64,000 bases of DNA. Source: an uncultured Trueperaceae bacterium (GTDB lineage: Bacteria > Deinococcota > Deinococci > Deinococcales > Trueperaceae). The stretch is from contig CAVSGP010000005.1 of NCBI GenBank assembly GCA_963727505.1, forward strand, positions 230,074-294,073. Reading direction: 5' to 3'. Made by a program: the position numbers and the translations under genes. Position 1 is the stretch's first letter. Each line of letters begins with the position of its first letter. The notes beneath the pieces were generated by a model that worked only from the letters and a program-made list of their open reading frames with translations, was not told the DNA's origin and ran no database searches. Below, one piece after another: positions 1 to 10,955 of the stretch.

Positions 1-222
1 GACGCCGTCCACGCACAGACGAGCCTTCAGGGATCCGGGCCGGTAGTAGATGCCGGAGTGCACCACGCCGGAGTTGTGACCGGTCTGGTGCCGGCCGACC
101 TGCGACTCCTTCTCGAGCACGGTGAGCTGGAGTTGCGGGTGGCGGTCCTGCAGCGAGAGCGCGGTGGCGAGGCCGACGATGCCCCCGCCGAGGATCGCGA
201 TGTCGGGATGGGTGGGGTCCAT
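1..222 (-). CDS. lhgO: L-2-hydroxyglutarate oxidase (5' part; runs off the window edge)
   Basis: Not in the ORF track. My translation from ATG 222 is [21 protein letters not shown]...VLEKE...[26 protein letters not shown], with a GxGxxG FAD motif and the LhgO signature. Confidence 0.9.
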   Translation of the reverse strand, partial: MDPTHPDIAILGGGIVGLATALSLQDRHPQLQLTVLEKESQVGRHQTGHNSGVVHSGIYYRPGSLKARLCVDGV

Positions 223-228
223 GACGTC

Positions 229-513
229 CTAGACCGCGCGCTGGAAGGGGTAGATCTCGACGTCCTGCCAGACACCCTCGCGGCTGTAGATGTCGTTGTC
301 GATGAAGTCGCGGGCGGCGTCGGCGCTCTCGGCTTCCAGGAGCAGCACGGAGCCGATCATGGTGCCGGCGTCGTCGAGGATGGCGCCGCCGAGCTGGAGC
401 ATGCCGGAGTCCACTGCGGGCCGGATGCCCTCGAGGTGGGTGGCGCGGACGCGTTGGCGGCGCGCTGCCGCCTCGGGGTCGGAACCGTCGTGGGCGAGGG
501 CGATGTAGAGCAT
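229..513 (-). CDS. YciI family protein
   Basis: RQRVRATHL...GGAILDDAGTMIGSVLL...DIY motifs; GGAGGT RBS before ATG 513. Confidence 0.85.
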   Translation of the reverse strand: MLYIALAHDGSDPEAAARRQRVRATHLEGIRPAVDSGMLQLGGAILDDAGTMIGSVLLLEAESADAARDFIDNDIYSREGVWQDVEIYPFQRAV

Positions 514-681
514 GGGACCTCCTGGACCGGGTGCTGACGCCACTGTACCGCGGCGGTCGGAAGCGGCCGGGGGTTGTCCCCGGCACGTGCGAGACTGCGC
601 ATCGATCCGAGGCTGGAGGAGGCCGGCAGCGGGTGAAGTCGGCCGCGCCGGCCCTCCGCGGACGCCCGCGCCTCGCGGAAA

Positions 682-770
682 CTTGATACGACCGCACTCA
701 TATCTGTTGACAATGGGGCGCTGCCTGGCTATACTCGCTAGCAGTGAGGTTTGCGTCGACTATACTCAGG
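682..770. promoter_or_regulatory. Two HAIR-like (HspR) operators flanking the dnaK promoter
   Basis: CTTGATA-N7-ACTCATA (682-702) and TTTGCGT-N7-ACTCAGG (750-770), against the consensus CTTGAGT-N7-ACTCAAG. Confidence 0.7.
707..735 (+). promoter_or_regulatory. sigma70-type promoter of the dnaK operon
   Basis: TTGACA (707-712), 17 bp spacer, TATACT (730-735). Confidence 0.85.
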
Positions 771-832
771 TTTTGTGACGCACGATGTAGGTTCGACCTG
801 AGAGCAATCCCGAGGCAAGAGGAGTTCCAATC

Positions 833-2734
833 ATGGCAAAAGCAGTAGGCATCGACCTCGGCACCACCAACAGCGTCATCGCCATCATGGAGAGCGGCGA
901 GCCGACCGTGCTGGTCAACAGCGAGGGCAATCGCACCACCCCGTCTGTGGTGGCATTCAAAGACGAGAACCGCCTGGTCGGGCAGGTCGCCAAGCGGCAG
1001 GCCGTGCTCAACCCCAAGGGCACGTTGTTCGAGGTGAAGCGCTTCATCGGCCGCACCTGGGACGAGATCAAACACGAGGCCGAGCGTGCTCCCTACGAGG
1101 TGGTGCGCGGTGACGACGGCGGCGTGCGCTTCGTCGTCGGCGACAAGAAGTACACCTCCGAAGAGGTGTCGGCCATGGTTCTGCGCAAGATGGTCGACGA
1201 CGCCAGCGAGCGCGTGGGCGAGAAGATCAACAAGGCGGTCATCACCGTTCCCGCCTACTTCAACAACTCGCAGCGCGAGGCCACGCAGAACGCCGGCAAG
1301 ATCGCCGGGCTCGACGTGCTGCGCATCGTCAACGAGCCCACGGCGGCGGCGCTCGCCTACGGCATGGAGAAGAAGGGCAACGAGACGATCCTGGTCTTCG
1401 ACCTGGGCGGCGGCACCTTCGACGTGTCGGTGCTGGAGGTCGGCGACGGGGTGTTCGAGGTGCGGTCGACCAGTGGCGACACCCATCTCGGCGGCTCCGA
1501 CATGGACCACGCCATCGTCGACTGGATGGCGGAGGAGTTCAAGAAGGAGTACAACGTCGACCTGCGCAAGGACAAGCAGGCGCTCCAGCGTCTCATCGAG
1601 GCGGGCGAGAAGGCCAAGATCGAGCTCTCCGGGCTGCCCGAGACCACCATCAGCCTGCCCTTCATCGCCATGGATCCGGCCTCGAACGCGCCGCTGTACC
1701 TCGAGCAGAAGCTCACCCGCAGCAAGTTCGAGGAGCTGGTGGGCCCGCTGCTGCAGCGTTTGCGTCACCCGGTCGAGCAGGCGCTGGCCGACGCCAAGGT
1801 GGGCAAGGGCGAGATCAACGAGATCATCCTGGTCGGCGGCTCCACCCGCGTGCCGGCCGTCAAGCGCATCGTCAAGGAGCTGCTGGGCAAGGAGCCCAAC
1901 CAGAGCGTCAACCCGGACGAGGTCGTGGCGCTGGGTGCGGCCATCCAGGCCGGCGTGCTCACCGGCGACGTGGAGGACATCGTCCTGCTCGACGTCACCC
2001 CCCTCAGCCTGGGGGTGGAGACCAAGGGCGGCGTGTTCACCAAGTTGATCGAGCGCAACACCACGGTGCCGGTCCGCAAGACCGAGACCTTCACCACCGC
2101 CGACCACAACCAGACCGGTGTCGAGGTGCACGTGTTGCAGGGCGAGCGTTCGATGGCGAACGACAACAAGTCGCTCGGCCGCTTCAAGCTCGACGGTCTG
2201 CCGCCCATGCCCTCGGGCATGCCGCAGATCGAGATCACCTACGACATCGACGCCAACGGCGTGCTGCACGTCACGGCGAAGGAGAAGTCGAGCGGCAAGG
2301 CCGCCAACATCACCATCCAGAACACCACCACCCTCGGTGACGACGAGGTGGAGAAGATGGTGGCCGACGCCAAGTCGCACGCCGACGAGGACCGTCAGGC
2401 CCGCGAGCTCGCCGAGTCGCGCAACCAGCTCGACAGCCTGCGGCTGCAAGCGCGCAAGGCGGTCGACGAGGCCGAAGGAGCCACCGAGGAGCAGAAGAAG
2501 CCGGTGGAGGACGTGATCCAGCAGGCGCAGCAGGCGCTCGATCAGAGCGCGGCCAAGGACGCCCTCGACGCCGCGACCAAGACGCTGGCCGAGGCCCTGC
2601 AGGCCTTCCAGCAGGCGACCGCTGCACAGCAGAGTGGCCCGCAGGACGGAGAGCCCGGCGCGTCATCCGAGGCCTCCGGCGGCGACGCCGAGGACGAGGA
2701 AGTCATCGACGCGGACTTCAAGCCGGCCGGCTGA
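833..2734 (+). CDS. dnaK: Chaperone DnaK (Hsp70)
   Basis: [17 protein letters not shown] and VGGSTRVP signatures; GGAG RBS. Confidence 0.99.
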   Translation: MAKAVGIDLGTTNSVIAIMESGEPTVLVNSEGNRTTPSVVAFKDENRLVGQVAKRQAVLNPKGTLFEVKRFIGRTWDEIKHEAERAPYEVVRGDDGGVRFVVGDKKYTSEEVSAMVLRKMVDDASERVGEKINKAVITVPAYFNNSQREATQNAGKIAGLDVLRIVNEPTAAALAYGMEKKGNETILVFDLGGGTFDVSVLEVGDGVFEVRSTSGDTHLGGSDMDHAIVDWMAEEFKKEYNVDLRKDKQALQRLIEAGEKAKIELSGLPETTISLPFIAMDPASNAPLYLEQKLTRSKFEELVGPLLQRLRHPVEQALADAKVGKGEINEIILVGGSTRVPAVKRIVKELLGKEPNQSVNPDEVVALGAAIQAGVLTGDVEDIVLLDVTPLSLGVETKGGVFTKLIERNTTVPVRKTETFTTADHNQTGVEVHVLQGERSMANDNKSLGRFKLDGLPPMPSGMPQIEITYDIDANGVLHVTAKEKSSGKAANITIQNTTTLGDDEVEKMVADAKSHADEDRQARELAESRNQLDSLRLQARKAVDEAEGATEEQKKPVEDVIQQAQQALDQSAAKDALDAATKTLAEALQAFQQATAAQQSGPQDGEPGASSEASGGDAEDEEVIDADFKPAG

Positions 2735-2805
2735 GCCGGGGCGAGCGACACGCAGCGCGCGGCGCCGCCTCGAGCGCGTCGCGCGCTGACCCCTAGGACG
2801 ATGCT

Positions 2806-3462
2806 ATGAGCGATCCGAAGAACCATGACGACAGCAGGGTCGGCGCCGTCGACGAGGGCGGGCCGGGCGACGAGACGAGTGCCGCGGAGGTGCGCGTGGA
2901 TGTCGCCCCCGACGGCAACGGCGGGGAACCCGCCACGGCGGCCGCGGCGGCCGACCAGGAGGTGGACATCCTGCGCAGGGAACTGACCCGGACGCAAGAG
3001 CAGCTCGGCGAGGCGCAGCGGGAGGCGGCCGAGTATCGCGACCGCTTCCTCCGCAGCCGTGCCGAGCTCGAGACCTTCCGCCGCCGCGTCTCCGACGACG
3101 TCGAGCGTGCCCGCGAGGCGGGTCTCGACAGTGCGGTGCTGGCGGTGCTGAGCGTGTTCGACGACCTGGGGCGGGCGCTGCAGGCGGCCGAGACCACCGA
3201 CGATCCGGCCACCATCGTGCCGGGGGTGCGGGCGGTCAAGGAGTCGCTCGAGCGCAACCTCGAGAACCTCGACATCCGGCCCATCGGCGAGCCCGGCGAG
3301 CCCTTCGACCCGAACCAGCACGAGGCGCTGACGGCGGTGCCGCTCACCGAGGGCGCCGAGCCCGGCACCATCGCCGACGTGTTCCAGGCGGGCTTCAAGC
3401 GCGGCGACCGGTTGGTGCGCCCGGCGCGCGTGGTGGTGTACAAGGACCCGGAGCAAGGCTAG
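2806..3462 (+). CDS. grpE: Nucleotide exchange factor GrpE
   Basis: AELETFRRR, FDPNQHEA and RLVRPARVVV motifs; lies between dnaK and dnaJ. Confidence 0.97.
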   Translation: MSDPKNHDDSRVGAVDEGGPGDETSAAEVRVDVAPDGNGGEPATAAAAADQEVDILRRELTRTQEQLGEAQREAAEYRDRFLRSRAELETFRRRVSDDVERAREAGLDSAVLAVLSVFDDLGRALQAAETTDDPATIVPGVRAVKESLERNLENLDIRPIGEPGEPFDPNQHEALTAVPLTEGAEPGTIADVFQAGFKRGDRLVRPARVVVYKDPEQG

Positions 3463-3509
3463 GCCCCGGCCGGGCCGCGGCGCGCGCCCGGCGCGGGAGG
3501 TGATTCGAC

Positions 3510-4493
3510 GTGGCAGGCTACAAGGACTACTACGAGATCCTGGATGTCCCGCGCGATGCGTCGCAGCAGGACATCAAGGCTGCCTTTCGCAAGCTCGCCG
3601 CCAAGCATCACCCCGACCGCAATCCCGGCGACGCCGGCGCCGAGGACCGCTTCAAGGAGGTCAACGAGGCCTACACGGCGCTCTCCGACCCCGAGAAGCG
3701 CAAGATCTACGACCAGTACGGAACGACCGGAGACGTTCCGCCGTTCGCCCAGCAGGGTGGCGGTGGGTTCCGCACCGTGTCGGCCGAAGAGTACGCCGGC
3801 TTCAGCGACTTCTTCCAGTCGCTGTTCGGCGGCATGACGGGGGGCCGCGGCTTCACCACCGAGAGCGGTTTCGGCGACGTGTTCGCGCAGGGTGGCTTCG
3901 GTGCCACGCAGATGCGAGGTGCGCAGGCCCGCCGGGCGCCGCGGGGCGTGGAGGCGGAGCTGGAGGTCGGCCTCGAGGAGGCCTACCGCGGCGGCGAGAC
4001 CACCTTCCGGGTGGACGGCAAGGCGCTCACCGTCACGCTGCCGCGGGGCGTGCACCGGGGCGCGCGGCTGCGCCTGCGCGGCCAGGCGCCTGGTGGTGGC
4101 GATCTCATCTTGATCGTGCGGCACGCCCGCCATCCGGTGTTCACGGTCCAGGGCGACGACGTCCGGGTGCGCGTGGAGGTGCCCGACTACCGTGCCGCCC
4201 TGGGCGGCAGCGTGCGCGTGCCCACCCTCGACGGTGAGGTCGAGATGACCCTGCCTGGAGGCACCAAGAGCGGGCGGGTGTTGCGCCTGCGGGGGCAGGG
4301 CTGGCCCCGCAAGGACGGCGGTCGTGGCGACGAGATGGCCGAGGTCCGGGTGGTGGTACCCAAGAAGCCGACGGCCGAGCAGCAGGAGCTCTACCGGCAG
4401 CTCGAGGCGCAGGCCGAGGGCGAGACCTCCGGGGACCCCTCGGGCGACGCCGAGCGCGAGGGCGCGCGTCGCAGCAAGGAAGCCGCTGCCTGA
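3510..4493 (+). CDS. dnaJ: DnaJ/CbpA-type co-chaperone (J domain, G/F region, no zinc finger)
   Basis: KDYYEIL...HPD J domain and a C-terminal DnaJ_C region; no CxxCxGxG repeats; GGAGGT RBS before GTG. Confidence 0.93.
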   Translation: MAGYKDYYEILDVPRDASQQDIKAAFRKLAAKHHPDRNPGDAGAEDRFKEVNEAYTALSDPEKRKIYDQYGTTGDVPPFAQQGGGGFRTVSAEEYAGFSDFFQSLFGGMTGGRGFTTESGFGDVFAQGGFGATQMRGAQARRAPRGVEAELEVGLEEAYRGGETTFRVDGKALTVTLPRGVHRGARLRLRGQAPGGGDLILIVRHARHPVFTVQGDDVRVRVEVPDYRAALGGSVRVPTLDGEVEMTLPGGTKSGRVLRLRGQGWPRKDGGRGDEMAEVRVVVPKKPTAEQQELYRQLEAQAEGETSGDPSGDAEREGARRSKEAAA

Positions 4494-4589
4494 GGGCGCG
4501 GCTTCGCGGGCCGCGAGCCGGGGCGACCCCTTGCCAACGTGTTTCGGCCCCACGCCGATCGACCGGGGTGGGGTGGTAGGCTTGCGGCC

Positions 4590-5711
4590 ATGACTCGATT
4601 CCCCACGCGGCTCCGCCGCTTGTTGCCGTCACTGCTGGCTCTTGCCGTGGTGGCGGGGCTCGCGAGCGCCCAGAGCACCAACCAGAGCACGTCCCAGAGC
4701 ACGACCGCGACCAGCGCCTCCGGCAAGGACCCGGTCGTGATCCAGCTCGGCGACCAGACCGAGACCTTGAGCGACTTCGAGGCTCGTTTTGACATCGCCA
4801 TCCGCAGTCTGGCCGCCCAGCAGCGCATGCCGATGACGCCGCAGCTCCGTCAGCAGCTGGCGGTGTACCAGCCCAAGTACCTGCAGCAGCGGGCGAGCGA
4901 GATGGTGCTGCTCGGCAAGGCCAAGTCCGACGGCCTCACGATCGACCAGAAGCACGTCGACTCCGTGCTGTCGCAGGTCGAGGGGAACGTCCCCAAGGGC
5001 AAGAAATTGCAGGATCTGCTCGACCAGGCAGGCTTCAAGGACAAGGCCCAGCTCGTCAAGTTGATCGGCGAGTCCGACCTCATCAACCAGGAGATGCAGA
5101 AGCTGAAGGACGGCGTCAAGCTGACCGACGCCCAGCTCAAGGGCTACTATCAGGCGCACAAGTCGGACTACACGACGCCCGAGCAGGTCTGCGCCAGCCA
5201 CATCCTGGTGAAGACCGAGGCCGACGCCCAGGCGGTGATGAAGGACCTGGCCGGTGGCGCCGACTTCGCGCAGGAGGCCAAGGACAAGAGCACCGGCCCG
5301 AGCGCCCCCAAGGGCGGCGATCTCGGCTGCTTCGGCAAGAACCAGATGGTCCAGGCCTTCGCCGATGCCGCCTTCAAGGCCCAGGTCGGCAAGGTCGTGG
5401 GCCCGGTCAAGACGCAGTACGGCTACCACGTGATCCTGGTGAGCAAGCACACCCAGGCCACCACCAAGCCGTTCGATCAGGTCAAGAGCGACGTCGCGTC
5501 GAAGCTCCGCCAGGAGCACGCCAACCAGCAGGTGCAGGCGCTGGTCAAGAGCTCGGGCGTGAAGACCTTCCCCGACCGCCTCCCGGCGCCGCCCCAGCCT
5601 TCGGGCTCCACGCCCTCCGGCGGCGGCTCGGCTCCGGCCGGTGGCGCGGGTAGTGGCGGCACGTCCGGCGGTTCCAGCGGCGGCAGCAGCTCGAGCGGGT
5701 CGGGCAACTAG
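4590..5711 (+). CDS. Secreted PrsA/SurA-like parvulin peptidyl-prolyl isomerase
   Basis: Signal peptide, ASHILV, GGDLG, FADAAF and PVKTQYGYHVI; TAGGCT 7 nt before the ATG. Confidence 0.92.
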   Translation: MTRFPTRLRRLLPSLLALAVVAGLASAQSTNQSTSQSTTATSASGKDPVVIQLGDQTETLSDFEARFDIAIRSLAAQQRMPMTPQLRQQLAVYQPKYLQQRASEMVLLGKAKSDGLTIDQKHVDSVLSQVEGNVPKGKKLQDLLDQAGFKDKAQLVKLIGESDLINQEMQKLKDGVKLTDAQLKGYYQAHKSDYTTPEQVCASHILVKTEADAQAVMKDLAGGADFAQEAKDKSTGPSAPKGGDLGCFGKNQMVQAFADAAFKAQVGKVVGPVKTQYGYHVILVSKHTQATTKPFDQVKSDVASKLRQEHANQQVQALVKSSGVKTFPDRLPAPPQPSGSTPSGGGSAPAGGAGSGGTSGGSSGGSSSSGSGN

Positions 5712-5838
5712 CTCCCGCTCCCGATCCAGCACGCGTCGAGGCGGCGCGCAGGCCCATCCGGGCGGCGCGCCGCCTCGCTTGCGTCGTGCTGGCGTGGAGC
5801 TCGGCGCTCGCCGCGCCCGGCGAGCGCCGACTGGCCGG

Positions 5839-6474
5839 TCACGGGAAGAGCCGCTCGACCCTCCAACCGCCCCCTGCGGTCCGGTACACGAAGCGGTCGT
5901 GGAGGCGGTTCTCACGCCCCTGCCAGAACTCGATGCGCTCGGGGGACAGGTGGTAGCCGCCCCACGTCGGGGGGCGCGGCACCCTGCCCTCGGGATAGCG
6001 CGCCGCCATGGCCTCGAAGGCGCGCTCGAGCTCGGCGCGGTCGGCCACCGGGCGGCTCTGCTGCGAGGCCCAGGCGGCGATCTGGGAGCCGTAGGGACGA
6101 CTGGCGAAGTAACCGTCGCTGACCGCTTCGGGCAGTCTCGCGACGGCGCCCTCGACGCGTACCTGGCGCTCCAGACGGTCCCACCAGAAGCAGGCAGCGG
6201 CCTGGGGATGGGCCTCCAGGTCGCGCCCCTTGCGGCTGCCGTAGTTGCTGTAGAACTCCAACCCGCCGTCCACGATGCCTTTGAGCAGCAGCATGCGCGA
6301 CGACACCCGACCGCCGTGGTCGACCGTGGCCAGGCTCATGGCGTTGGGTTCCGGCATGCCGGCGTCGGCGGCCTGACGCAGCCAGCGCTCGAGCTGGCGC
6401 AGCGGATCGTCGTCCAGTTCGGTGGGTCGCAGGGTTCCCCTGCGATAGCTCGTGCGCGGAGCATCGGCGGCCAT
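5839..6474 (-). CDS. pdxH: Pyridoxamine 5'-phosphate oxidase
   Basis: [22 protein letters not shown] and [13 protein letters not shown] motifs. Confidence 0.97.
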   Translation of the reverse strand: MAADAPRTSYRRGTLRPTELDDDPLRQLERWLRQAADAGMPEPNAMSLATVDHGGRVSSRMLLLKGIVDGGLEFYSNYGSRKGRDLEAHPQAAACFWWDRLERQVRVEGAVARLPEAVSDGYFASRPYGSQIAAWASQQSRPVADRAELERAFEAMAARYPEGRVPRPPTWGGYHLSPERIEFWQGRENRLHDRFVYRTAGGGWRVERLFP

Positions 6475-6526
6475 GCGGCCAGTCTACGGGCGTGTGCTCC
6501 GCGTCGCCACCGAGTAAGAACGCTGT

Positions 6527-6675
6527 AAGGCCGCAGGGCGTATGGTCCTTTCAAGGCGTTGGATTCCCTGCTGCTAAGCCTCCTACTTCCTGTTGCGTCT
6601 TCATCCAGCGCGATACCGGTTCCTCCCCTTGAACTTGGTCGTACGTCCCGCCCGGGAGATTCCTGGGCGGGATGC
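6527..6675 (+). ncRNA. Candidate structured non-coding RNA, family unknown (rod-like, possibly 6S-like)
   Basis: Nested long-range pairings 6533-6547/6637-6651, 6550-6556/6627-6633 and 6556-6563/6604-6611, with G-U pairs favouring the + strand; second hairpin 6645-6673. Confidence 0.5.
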
Positions 6676-6731
6676 GTCGTCTCGCAGGGGAGGAGCCGCC
6701 CCTAATTTTGGGGACCTGCTACGGTGACGCC

Positions 6732-8831
6732 ATGTCCAACCGCCTGGCGGACGCCACCAGCCCCTACCTTCTCCAGCACAGCGAGAACCCGGTCGAGTGG
6801 CGCCCCTGGGGCGAGGAGGCGTTCGAGCTGGCGCGCCAGCGCGACCTGCCGGTGCTGCTCTCGATCGGCTACGCCGCTTGCCACTGGTGTCACGTCATGG
6901 CCCATGAATCGTTCGAGGACGAGCGGGTGGCGGCGTTCATGAACGAGCGCTTCGTGTGCGTCAAGGTCGATCGCGAGGAACGCCCCGACGTCGATGCCGT
7001 GTACATGAACGCCGTGCAGGCGATGACCGGCGGTGGAGGGTGGCCTCTCACCGTGATCGTCACGCCCGACGGCGCTCCCTTCTTCGGCGGCACGTACTTC
7101 CCGCCGCAGCCGCGTTGGGGACAGCCGTCCTTCCGGCAGGTCTTGGAGGGGATCAGCGGGGCCTGGCGGGAGCGGCGCGGGGAGGTCGAGGAGGCCGCCC
7201 GCGGGCTGCATGAGCAGCTGCGGGTGCTCGAGGCTCCCTTGGGTCCCTCGTCGGAAGCGTCCGACGGAACGGGCGGGGCGCCGACCGACCCCGAAGCCGC
7301 GGCCGGACACGCCCTGAGCGCGCTGGCCGCTACCTTCGACGCCGAGCGAGGCGGCTTCGGCGGCGCACCCAAGTTCCCGCCGCACGGCGCCCTGCGCTTC
7401 CTGCTGGGCCGGCCCGAGGAGCACGCTCTCGCCATGGCCACGACCACCCTCGACGCCATGGCGGACGGCGGCATCCACGACCAGCTCGGTGGCGGCTTCG
7501 CGCGCTACAGCGTGGACGCCCGCTGGGACGTTCCCCACTTCGAGAAGATGCTCTACGACAACGCCCAGCTCCTCCAGCTCTACGCCGAGGGCTACCGCCG
7601 CACCGGACGGGCGCGCTACGCGGCGGTGGCCGAAGGCATCGTGAGTTGGCTGGCACGCGAGCTACGCTCCCCCGAAGGCGCCCTGTCCAGCTCGCTGGAC
7701 GCCGACAGCGAGGGGGAGGAAGGGCGCTATTACACCTGGACCGAGGAGGAGGTCGAGGCCGCCTGCGGCGCCGATGCGTCCGTGGCCCTGCGCCACTTCG
7801 GCGTGCGCACGCCGGGCCCCTTCGAGGGGCGGAACGTGCTGCGCGTCGCCCAGCCGCTGCCGGCGGCGGCCGCCGCCCTCAAGCTCGATGTGGCAGAGGC
7901 CGGTGCGCGCCTGGAACGCGGCCGGCGCGCCCTGACGGCCGCCCGCGAGGGCCGGCCGCGTCCCTCGTTGGACGACAAGGCGCTCGCCTCCTGGAACGGC
8001 CTGGCGCTCGTTGGCCTGGCCGACGCCGCCCGCCTGCTCGGGTCGGAGCGTGCGCTGGGAATGGCGCGCGACGTGGTGCGCTTCGTTCGGACGCACCTGT
8101 GGCAGGGCGGACGTCTGCTGCACGTCTGGCGGGGTGGCACTGCGCACGTCGAGGGGCTGCTGGAGGACTACGCCTACCTTGGGCTGGGCCTGCTGGCGCT
8201 CCACCGCATCACCTTGGACGCGCCGCTGCTCGAGCTGGCGCTCGACCTCGCCGCCGTCGTGCGCCGCGACTTCGAGGCGGAGGACGGCGGCTTCTACTCG
8301 ACCTCGCGTCGCGGCGAGCGTCTGCTGGTGCGCCCGCGCTCCCTGGCCGACGCCGCCGTCCCGTCCGACAACGCCGCCGCCGCCGAGCTGCTGGCGCGGT
8401 TGGCCCGCCTGACGGGGGACGGTGCGCTGGAGGAGGCGGCCGAGCGTGCCGTCCGACCCCTGGAGGGCCCCATGCAGCGGCATCCCCAGGCCTTCGCATC
8501 GGCGCTGGCGGTCCACCGCATCCTGGCCGAGCCGCCGCGTGAGGTGGTGCTGGTGGGCGATCCGCGCGCCGCCGACACCGCCGCGCTGGCGGCCGCCTGG
8601 CGCCGGCGGGCGGACCCTTCGGTGGCGGCGCTGCTGGTGAGCGGGCCGGACGATGCGTTGGCGCGGCGCTGCCCGCTGGCGCAGGGCCGTGAGCGGCTCG
8701 AGGGGCGTGCCAGCGCCTACGTGTGCGAGGCCGGTGCCTGCCGCCTGCCGGTTGCCGAGGTGGCGGCGTTCGAGCGCGAGCTCGACGCCATCGGACTGGC
8801 GCCGCTGCCGATCCCCCCGTCCTCCGGGTAG
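6732..8831 (+). CDS. YyaL/SSP411-family thioredoxin-domain protein
   Basis: [47 protein letters not shown] and LEDYA motifs. Confidence 0.95.
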   Translation: MSNRLADATSPYLLQHSENPVEWRPWGEEAFELARQRDLPVLLSIGYAACHWCHVMAHESFEDERVAAFMNERFVCVKVDREERPDVDAVYMNAVQAMTGGGGWPLTVIVTPDGAPFFGGTYFPPQPRWGQPSFRQVLEGISGAWRERRGEVEEAARGLHEQLRVLEAPLGPSSEASDGTGGAPTDPEAAAGHALSALAATFDAERGGFGGAPKFPPHGALRFLLGRPEEHALAMATTTLDAMADGGIHDQLGGGFARYSVDARWDVPHFEKMLYDNAQLLQLYAEGYRRTGRARYAAVAEGIVSWLARELRSPEGALSSSLDADSEGEEGRYYTWTEEEVEAACGADASVALRHFGVRTPGPFEGRNVLRVAQPLPAAAAALKLDVAEAGARLERGRRALTAAREGRPRPSLDDKALASWNGLALVGLADAARLLGSERALGMARDVVRFVRTHLWQGGRLLHVWRGGTAHVEGLLEDYAYLGLGLLALHRITLDAPLLELALDLAAVVRRDFEAEDGGFYSTSRRGERLLVRPRSLADAAVPSDNAAAAELLARLARLTGDGALEEAAERAVRPLEGPMQRHPQAFASALAVHRILAEPPREVVLVGDPRAADTAALAAAWRRRADPSVAALLVSGPDDALARRCPLAQGRERLEGRASAYVCEAGACRLPVAEVAAFERELDAIGLAPLPIPPSSG

Positions 8832-8840
8832 CCGCTGAGC

Positions 8841-8898
8841 TTGACAGCGAGAGGGCGACGCGGCATGCTGGCCCTCTGGCTGACCGACCGGTCGGTCA
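8841..8898 (+). promoter_or_regulatory. Promoter and perfect 18-bp palindromic operator upstream of the MFS gene
   Basis: TTGACA-17-CATGCT (8841-8869), then TGACCGACCGGTCGGTCA (8881-8898). Confidence 0.75.
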
Positions 8899-8973
8899 CT
8901 CGTCGCGGTTGTGGCGGCCACGCCTGGCGGAGGTGCGCTCCGCGACCGGAAGCCACCCTGGGAGGGAGTGGAC

Positions 8974-10356
8974 ATGGAAGAGAAGGCCCGTAATCGGCTT
9001 CTGGCCGTGCTTTTCGTGGGCGTGCTCATGGGCGCGCTCGACATCGCCATCGTGGGGCCGGCGCTGCCGGCGATCCAACGTGGTTTCGGCGTCGGGAACG
9101 CCGCCATCGCCTGGGTCTTCAGCATCTACGTGCTGTTCAACCTGATGGCCACGCCGCTGATGGCGAAGCTCTCCGACCGCTTCGGGCGGCGCCGTGTCTA
9201 CACCCTCGACGTGGCGCTCTTCGGCGTCGGCTCGTTGGTCGTGGCGCTCTCGCCGAGCCTCACGGTGCTGCTGGTGGGCCGGGCCATCCAGGCCACCGGG
9301 GCCGGCGGCATCTTCCCGGTCGCCAGCGCCGTCATCGGCGACACCTTCCCGGCCGAGAAGCGCGGACGGGCGCTGGGCATCATCGGCGCCGTGTTCGGTC
9401 TGGCGTTCCTGGTGGGCCCGCTGCTGGGCGGCCTGCTGTTGCAGTTGAGCTGGCACTGGCTGTTCCTCATCAATCTGCCGGTGGCCGCCTGGCTCATCGT
9501 CGCCAGCCAGCGGCTCGTGCCCGACGTGCGGGCCGCCGACAGCCCCCCCTTCGACTGGACCGGTGTGAGCGTGCTGAGCCTGATGCTGGCGGGACTGGCG
9601 CTCGGGCTCAGCCGCCTCGACAGCGCGGCCCTGTTGCCCAGCCTGTTGAGCTGGAAGGTGGGCCCCTACCTGCTGCTGGCGCTCGTGCTGCTCCCGCTGT
9701 TCTGGTCGGTCGAGCGGCGCGCGGCCGACGCCGTGCTGCGGCCGCGCCTGCTGGAGTCCAGGCAGGTGAAGCTGGTCGGCCTGTTCGCCGCCGGCGCCGG
9801 CCTCAGCGAGGCGGCCATGGTCTTTCTGCCGTCGCTGGCCGTGTCCTCGCTGGGGGTAGGGGAGGCCACCGCCAGCTTCATGCTGCTGCCGCTGGTGCTG
9901 GCCCTGGCGATCGGATCGCCGACGGCCGGCCGCGTCCTCGACGCGCTGGGCTCGAGGATCGTGGTGGTCGCTGGGCTCGCGCTGACCGCCGCGGGGCTCT
10001 TCGTATTCGGCGCCGCCTCCACGAGCCTGGCCGGCTTCATCGTGGCCTCCGTCCTCACCGGCCTGGGGCTGTCGGCGCTCCTGGGCGCGCCGCTGCGCTA
10101 CATCCTGCTGCGCGAGGCGGGCGAGGCCGACCGGGGGGCTTCGCAGGGCCTGTTGACGGTGTTCACCAGCATGGGACAGCTCGTCGGGGGCGCCCTGGTG
10201 GGAGCGGTGGCGGCCTCCTCGGTCGGCGGATTCCCCCAGGCGCTCACCGTGCTGGCGGTGGTGATGGCCGTGATGCTGGTGCCGTCGTTCGGCCTCAAGG
10301 GGCGGCGCCAGGAACAGGCGTCGGGCCCGGAGGGGAGCGAAGGGGCCGCGAACTGA
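8974..10356 (+). CDS. MFS drug-resistance transporter (DHA2-like)
   Basis: LSDRFGRRR motif A, GPLLGG motif C and many hydrophobic helices. Confidence 0.92.
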   Translation: MEEKARNRLLAVLFVGVLMGALDIAIVGPALPAIQRGFGVGNAAIAWVFSIYVLFNLMATPLMAKLSDRFGRRRVYTLDVALFGVGSLVVALSPSLTVLLVGRAIQATGAGGIFPVASAVIGDTFPAEKRGRALGIIGAVFGLAFLVGPLLGGLLLQLSWHWLFLINLPVAAWLIVASQRLVPDVRAADSPPFDWTGVSVLSLMLAGLALGLSRLDSAALLPSLLSWKVGPYLLLALVLLPLFWSVERRAADAVLRPRLLESRQVKLVGLFAAGAGLSEAAMVFLPSLAVSSLGVGEATASFMLLPLVLALAIGSPTAGRVLDALGSRIVVVAGLALTAAGLFVFGAASTSLAGFIVASVLTGLGLSALLGAPLRYILLREAGEADRGASQGLLTVFTSMGQLVGGALVGAVAASSVGGFPQALTVLAVVMAVMLVPSFGLKGRRQEQASGPEGSEGAAN

Positions 10357-10438
10357 GGCAGAATGGAGCAGGACAACCGCGGCAGCGCAGGGTGCGGCCC
10401 TGCCTGTGCGCTTCGACAGCGAGAGGATCGACGCGATC

Positions 10439-10879
10439 ATGTACACATTCCTGCTGGACCTCCACAACCTCCTACGTTGGGTGATCGTCATCGTCGGCGT
10501 CATCGCGGTGGCCATGGCCCTGCGAGGCGCCTTCACGCGCGGGGCCTGGACCGGCCAACAGAACTCGCTCGGGCGGGTGTTCACCATCTCCGTCGACGTG
10601 CAGCTCCTCGTGGGCCTGCTGCTGTACTTCGTGTTCAGCCCTATCACGACCGGCGCGTTCGCGAACTTCAGCGCCGCCATGCAGAACGACCAGACCCGCT
10701 TCTTCCTGGTCGAGCACCTGCCCCTGATGGTCATCGCCATCGCCCTCATCCATGTGGGGGCCGCGCGCGCGCGCAAACTGAACAGCGCCCGTCCGGCGGC
10801 GATCTTCTACACCGTCGCGATGGTCCTGATGGTCATCGCCATCCCTTGGTGGCGGCCGCTGGTCCCCGGGATGGGGTGA
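10439..10879 (+). CDS. Hypothetical four-helix membrane protein
   Basis: Hydrophobic helices carrying His residues (LHNLLRW, EHLPLM, LIH); coding-like codon usage. Confidence 0.8.
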   Translation: MYTFLLDLHNLLRWVIVIVGVIAVAMALRGAFTRGAWTGQQNSLGRVFTISVDVQLLVGLLLYFVFSPITTGAFANFSAAMQNDQTRFFLVEHLPLMVIAIALIHVGAARARKLNSARPAAIFYTVAMVLMVIAIPWWRPLVPGMG

Positions 10880-10955
10880 GGGCGGGCGTGACACGCGCCC
10901 CGTGCCGACCGGACGACGCCGGTCCGCGGACCGTGGGCCGCCCTCTCGTGAGGCC

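Noticed and set aside
698..2449. Long antisense ORFs opposite dnaK and many other genes (e.g. 20879..23359, 38325..40538, 50253..52415)
   Set aside because: They are shadow ORFs of high-GC coding strands, with no recognisable motifs.
6552..6605. 17-codon minus-strand ORF MKTQQEVGGLAAGNPTP as a type I toxin or leader peptide
   Set aside because: It is not hydrophobic and the nearest SD is too far upstream.
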